Of a stretch of 64,000 nt of DNA, positions 60,077-64,000 are shown piece by piece. Source of the DNA: Deltaproteobacteria bacterium RBG_13_43_22 (GTDB taxonomy: Bacteria; Desulfobacterota; RBG-13-43-22); the NCBI GenBank assembly GCA_001797675.1, contig MGQB01000001.1, forward strand, positions 50,347-114,346, written 5' to 3'. How positions within the stretch are numbered: position 1 is the first letter of the stretch; each line of letters starts with the position of its first letter. The notes under the pieces are model-generated. The model searched no databases, was not told where the DNA came from, and worked only from the letters and a program-made list of their open reading frames with translations. Made by a program: the position numbers and the translations under genes.

Positions 60077-60685
60077 TTAAAAAACCGTAAAGTCATATTC
60101 CGCTAAGAATTTTCCATCCAAAAACAGCTGGGCCTTCCATGGACCGATAAAATTTCTTTCAAAGGGAGAAATATTCAGAAGACCTTTGGTAAAAGACAAA
60201 TAGGCCCAGGATATATAGTTCGGGATTTTAGATGAAATTTTTTCCTTGATTCGGACGGTTTCCTGAATCTTTTTATCCGGCCTAATCCATAGGACCTTTA
60301 TTTCATGGGCCCCTTGAAGACCCGTCCAAACGGTATATAAATAGATTCGATCGTTTCTTGAAAAAGAAGCGATTGGAATCAGTCGGTTCAGATCTTTGGT
60401 CAGGATAGAATGAAAGGTAGGGCCTTTGGTTTGAGCCGGGGTTCCAAGAGCTTTTTGTTCACCAACCAGGGCCGGAGCTGGTTCCATGGCTTTTTTTTCA
60501 GCCACAGGAGGAACTGACGGAGCCTTTTCTTTTTTTTTGCAACTCAGGGCTAAAGAAAAAAATACCAACAACATTACGACCAGCAGGAATCCCCTAAAGC
60601 ACAAGGTTTGCGGATTTACCTTGAACCTTGAACCTCCTGCAGGCCCGCAGGCCTTGAATCTCTGATCCCTTGAATCCTTTTTCAT
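60077..60685 (-). CDS. Hypothetical lipoprotein (start uncertain)
   Basis: Hydrophobic stretch + LALSC lipobox, Pro/Lys linker, beta-rich C-terminal domain. Confidence 0.55.
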   Translation of the reverse strand: MKKDSRDQRFKACGPAGGSRFKVNPQTLCFRGFLLVVMLLVFFSLALSCKKKEKAPSVPPVAEKKAMEPAPALVGEQKALGTPAQTKGPTFHSILTKDLNRLIPIASFSRNDRIYLYTVWTGLQGAHEIKVLWIRPDKKIQETVRIKEKISSKIPNYISWAYLSFTKGLLNISPFERNFIGPWKAQLFLDGKFLAEYDFTVF

Positions 60686-60716
60686 ACTGGTGACACCCCA
60701 AAGGGGTATGTATTTA

Positions 60717-61673
60717 TTATGGGGTCTCTTTCTCGGGTTCAACGATCTCTTTGATGTAATAAATCGGTTTCCCTTGAGATTCGTGATAGGTTCGGACCTG
60801 AAGTTCCCCCAAAAGACCCATGCTGATAAACTGAATCCCGATAAAAATTAAAAGAACGGCCAAGAGAAGGATCGGGCGGTTTGCTAAAGGTATGGCGAAA
60901 AATAACCGTTGCACGGTTAAATAACAGGCCAATCCTAAGCCAGCCAGACCCGACAAGATCCCCCAAAGCCCAAAAACATGGATGGGTCGGGTGGAATAGG
61001 TCAATAAAAACTTAACGGTTATCAGATCCAACAGGACTCGGATGGTCCTGGAAATCCCGTACTTGGAACGACCGAATTTACGGGCCCGGTGGTTAACCGG
61101 TATCTCGGCAATGGTCACCCCCATCCAACTGGCAATGGCCGGGATAAAACGATGCATCTCGCCATACAATCGGATGTGTTTGGCGACCTCCTTTTTAAAA
61201 GCCTTTAACGTACATCCATAATCATGAAGCTTGACACCGGTGACCCAGGAGATCATCTTGTTGGCTATTAGGGAAGGAAGACGCCTGGAAAAAAAAGGAT
61301 CCTTCCGTTTTTCCCGCCATCCGCTGACAATATCGTATCCTTCTTTTATCTTGGCGACCAGGGCGGGGATATCCTTGGGGTCGTTTTGAAGATCACCGTC
61401 CATGGTAATGATAACCTCCCCCTCGGCCGAATCAAAACCGGCCGAAAGGGCCGCCGTCTGCCCAAAATTTTTTCTAAGGCGCACCACTTTGATATGATTG
61501 CGCTGTTTAGCTTCTTCCTTTAAGAGAGAAAAGGTTTCGTCACTGCTCCCGTCATCGATGGCTAAAATTTCCCACGATAATTTCGAGTCTTGGAGGGTTT
61601 GGACCAGTTCAGCGAAAACAACCGAAATATTTCGGGCTTCATTAAAAAAAGGAATAATTACCGAGAGGTCCAA
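60717..61673 (-). CDS. GT2 polyprenyl-phosphate glycosyltransferase (ArnC/GtrB-like)
   Basis: IDDGSSD, NFGQTAA, DGDLQNDP, two C-terminal TM helices. Confidence 0.9.
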   Translation of the reverse strand: MDLSVIIPFFNEARNISVVFAELVQTLQDSKLSWEILAIDDGSSDETFSLLKEEAKQRNHIKVVRLRKNFGQTAALSAGFDSAEGEVIITMDGDLQNDPKDIPALVAKIKEGYDIVSGWREKRKDPFFSRRLPSLIANKMISWVTGVKLHDYGCTLKAFKKEVAKHIRLYGEMHRFIPAIASWMGVTIAEIPVNHRARKFGRSKYGISRTIRVLLDLITVKFLLTYSTRPIHVFGLWGILSGLAGLGLACYLTVQRLFFAIPLANRPILLLAVLLIFIGIQFISMGLLGELQVRTYHESQGKPIYYIKEIVEPEKETP

Positions 61674-61923
61674 ATTACTTTCCTATTTCTCTAATAGTAT
61701 TGTTAAGTTACTTAATAATTCTGCAAATTAGAGGGTTTACAGCCAAAAGTCAAGGTTTATTTGGCGGGTTTTTTATAGAGCGGACGGCCGTTAGCCTATC
61801 GTATTCAGTTTAAGCGGTTATTTTGGGTCGTTTTTGCCGAATGCTGAAAGCGGTTCACTGATAGCACTTTTCCAAAAACATTTTTTCCGGATGAATAAAA
61901 ACAAGTCTCTCATTCTTCATTGC

Positions 61924-62895
61924 TTACTTTTTTCGGATCGATTTGCCGAATAATCCTTTCGGTGTCCAAACAATGACCACAGCCAAAAGAATTCCGAAAA
62001 AAAGTTTATGTCCGGTTTCAAAAAATTGTTTAAAAATGAATTCATCCAACCCGGTAATCAGCAAGGCTCCAATGCTGGGTCCGATCAATGTGCCCATCCC
62101 CCCGAAGAGAGAAGCGACGATAGGCATGACCGACCACGAGCCGTCGAAGGCTGAGTCGGGACTTAGAAAGTGGACATAGTGGGCATAAAAAGCCCCCATC
62201 AAGGCTGTACAAAAGGCGGAAACCATCAGGGTTAATAGTTTGGTCCGGAATACGGGAACCCCGATCCCGGCGGCGGTTTCTTCATCCCCATGTACGGCCG
62301 ACATGGCCAGGCCGGTATTTGAATGACGCAGAAAATAAATCACCAGATAAATGGCCAACATCAAAAAGGCCGCCAGATAGTAATTGGTTGTTCGGGAGAC
62401 AAAAAAATCCAGGGTCATACTTCCGATTCTAATAGCCGGCAAGGCGGGAATATTAAACAGGCCCTGAGAACCGTCAGTCAGCCAAGTTAGGTTTAAGGTC
62501 AGCAACTTGACCACTTCCGCAAAACCCAGAATCGATAAGGCGAAATATGGGCCGCGGAGTCGAAAGGCCGGAGTACCGATGATGATAGCCCCCATAACCC
62601 CAAAGAAGGCGGCGATGATCATGGCCCCGAAAGGGTTCCACCCGGCCTTGAGCACCAGCAAGGAGGACCCATAGGCCCCAATGCCGAAAAAAGCCGCATG
62701 ACCAAAAGAAACCTGGCCACAAACCCCGGCTAATAAATTCCAAGATAAAGAAACGGCTCCCAATATAAGGGCGATAATAAAAATACTCAGATAATAAGGA
62801 TTGAAGGAAAGGACGACAGGCAGGATCAGCACAAAACCAAAGGTCAGGAACGCTGCTGTTTTTTCAGTTATTTGGAAAAAATTGCCCAGTTTCAT
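61924..62895 (-). CDS. livM: Branched-chain amino acid ABC permease
   Basis: SFGHAAFFGIGAY, RLRGPYFA, GGMGT. Confidence 0.88.
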   Translation of the reverse strand: MKLGNFFQITEKTAAFLTFGFVLILPVVLSFNPYYLSIFIIALILGAVSLSWNLLAGVCGQVSFGHAAFFGIGAYGSSLLVLKAGWNPFGAMIIAAFFGVMGAIIIGTPAFRLRGPYFALSILGFAEVVKLLTLNLTWLTDGSQGLFNIPALPAIRIGSMTLDFFVSRTTNYYLAAFLMLAIYLVIYFLRHSNTGLAMSAVHGDEETAAGIGVPVFRTKLLTLMVSAFCTALMGAFYAHYVHFLSPDSAFDGSWSVMPIVASLFGGMGTLIGPSIGALLITGLDEFIFKQFFETGHKLFFGILLAVVIVWTPKGLFGKSIRKK

Positions 62896-63768
62896 TTAAC
62901 CTCTCTTTCCAAATAAACCGGAAGGTCTAGCCAGCAGGATAACCAAAAAAAGGGTGAAGCCGAATAACTCCCGAAAGGATGAGCTGACAAAGGTTACCGT
63001 TAAGGCCTCCCCCACACCCAGCATCATTCCGGCCACAATTAACCCTGGAATAGAACCCACTCCGGCTAAAACAGTCAGAATAAAGGCCTTAACCGTAATA
63101 TGGAGGCCGGTATTAGGACTGACGAAAGACAACATGCCCAGCAAGGGACCGCCCAACCCGGCCAAAGCCCCGCCAATACTAAAAGCCAAGAGATCGACCC
63201 GTTCCACATTAATCCCCGACAAGGCCGCAGCATCCCTATCGATGGCCGTAATCCGAATCGCTTTCCCTGTTTTTGTCCGGCGCAGAAACAGATGGAGAAA
63301 AAAAACGGCGGCAAAGGATATGACGAAGGTTACTATTTCGCCCAAACTGATGTAAATTCCACCAAGATGTACGGGGTCTTCCATCCAATGGACACTGATA
63401 CTACGAAGATCGGCTGACCAGAGCTGAAGATATAGGTTGGAAAGAAAGATCCCGATACCGAAAGTCAGGATCAAGGTATTTAATTCCACCGTGGTACGAA
63501 TCCGTTCGATAAAAATTCGATAACTCAGGAAAGAAGTCCCACCGGCCAAAAGGGCAGCAACCGGTAAGGCCATGAGAGGGTTAACACCCCATTTAACCAA
63601 CAACCAATAAGCAATATAACCGCCCAAGACCAGAAACTCTCCATGGGCCATATTGATGATTTGCATGATCCCAAAGACAAAGGCCAGGCCTAAACTGTAA
63701 AGGGCGTAATTCCCCCCCTCCAAGAGGCCGGAGAGTATGGACTGGATGATGGTGTTATAGGAGATCAC
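62896..63768 (-). CDS. livH: Branched-chain amino acid ABC permease
   Basis: INMAHGEF, TGKAIR, RPSGLFG. Confidence 0.9.
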   Translation of the reverse strand: MISYNTIIQSILSGLLEGGNYALYSLGLAFVFGIMQIINMAHGEFLVLGGYIAYWLLVKWGVNPLMALPVAALLAGGTSFLSYRIFIERIRTTVELNTLILTFGIGIFLSNLYLQLWSADLRSISVHWMEDPVHLGGIYISLGEIVTFVISFAAVFFLHLFLRRTKTGKAIRITAIDRDAAALSGINVERVDLLAFSIGGALAGLGGPLLGMLSFVSPNTGLHITVKAFILTVLAGVGSIPGLIVAGMMLGVGEALTVTFVSSSFRELFGFTLFLVILLARPSGLFGKRG

Positions 63769-63795
63769 AATATTTTCCTAAACGGTAACTCCTTG

Positions 63796-63842
63796 CTGAA
63801 AGCTCAAAGCGGTTGCCTTTCCTTTAAGCTTTGAGCTTTCAG
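63796..63842. repeat. 15-bp perfect inverted repeat between binding-protein and permease genes
   Basis: CTGAAAGCTCAAAGC / GCTTTGAGCTTTCAG. Confidence 0.7.
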
Positions 63843-63884
63843 TAAGAAAAAGGGTTATATTAAATCCAAAAGATAGGCCTGAGA

Positions 63885-64000
63885 CTATTTTCCCCCCCAG
63901 GGCACGCCTGGATAACGTGCAACCCCCTTGGCCCGGTCTAGGGGATAAATGACGACTTGTTCCCCTTGCTGGGTTTGAAACAAGACGCAAGTAAAAAAAC
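63885..64000 (-). CDS. C-terminus of a LivK-like ABC substrate-binding protein (5'-truncated)
   Basis: Manual translation ...VLFQTQQGEQVVIYPLDRAKGVARYPGVPWGGK*, directly upstream of livH. Confidence 0.65.
   Translation of the reverse strand, partial: FFTCVLFQTQQGEQVVIYPLDRAKGVARYPGVPWGGK

Noticed and set aside
63778-63990. 70-aa ORF at the right edge
   Set aside because: Wrong frame; the alternative frame gives a LivK-like C-terminus ending at 63885
1-64000. CRISPR array, tRNA/rRNA, prophage or intact transposase
   Set aside because: No regularly spaced repeats, tRNA arms, or phage/transposase ORFs were recognised by eye

Overview
Bacterial chromosomal window, most consistent with an anaerobic deltaproteobacterium (Desulfobacterota-like; inferred from gene content). 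The main feature is a ~17 kb minus-strand locus (35803->18892) for a cytoplasmic HoxYH-type [NiFe]-hydrogenase. Its diaphorase module resembles HydABC/Hnd, but the NuoF-like subunit is fused to a GltD/Nfn-like FAD-NAD(P) domain. Upstream sit DRTGG, CBS-Ser/Thr kinase, PHP and HATPase genes; downstream sit metF, a GAF kinase/sigma54 activator pair and an unusual response regulator. A paralogous kinase/activator pair is divergent from a second nuoE plus a degenerate FdhA-like gene at the left edge. Four sigma54 -24/-12 promoters and candidate activator boxes are visible. Two genes carry in-frame UGA at catalytic Cys positions with downstream hairpins and are probable selenoproteins missed by the ORF track: a GrdB/PrdB-like UxxC protein and a CoA-disulfide reductase/NADH oxidase-family enzyme. 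Three copies of a structured ~125-160 nt element resemble non-autonomous IS200/IS605 derivatives, and a 142 bp MITE is nested in a REP hairpin. The rest is TRAP/TTT/ABC transporters, a GntR-led acyl-CoA ligase + two-carboxyltransferase operon, lipAB, lemA/TPM, ctpA, mgtE and glycosyltransferases. No rRNA, tRNA or CRISPR array was recognised. All family assignments come from motif recognition by eye, not database searches.
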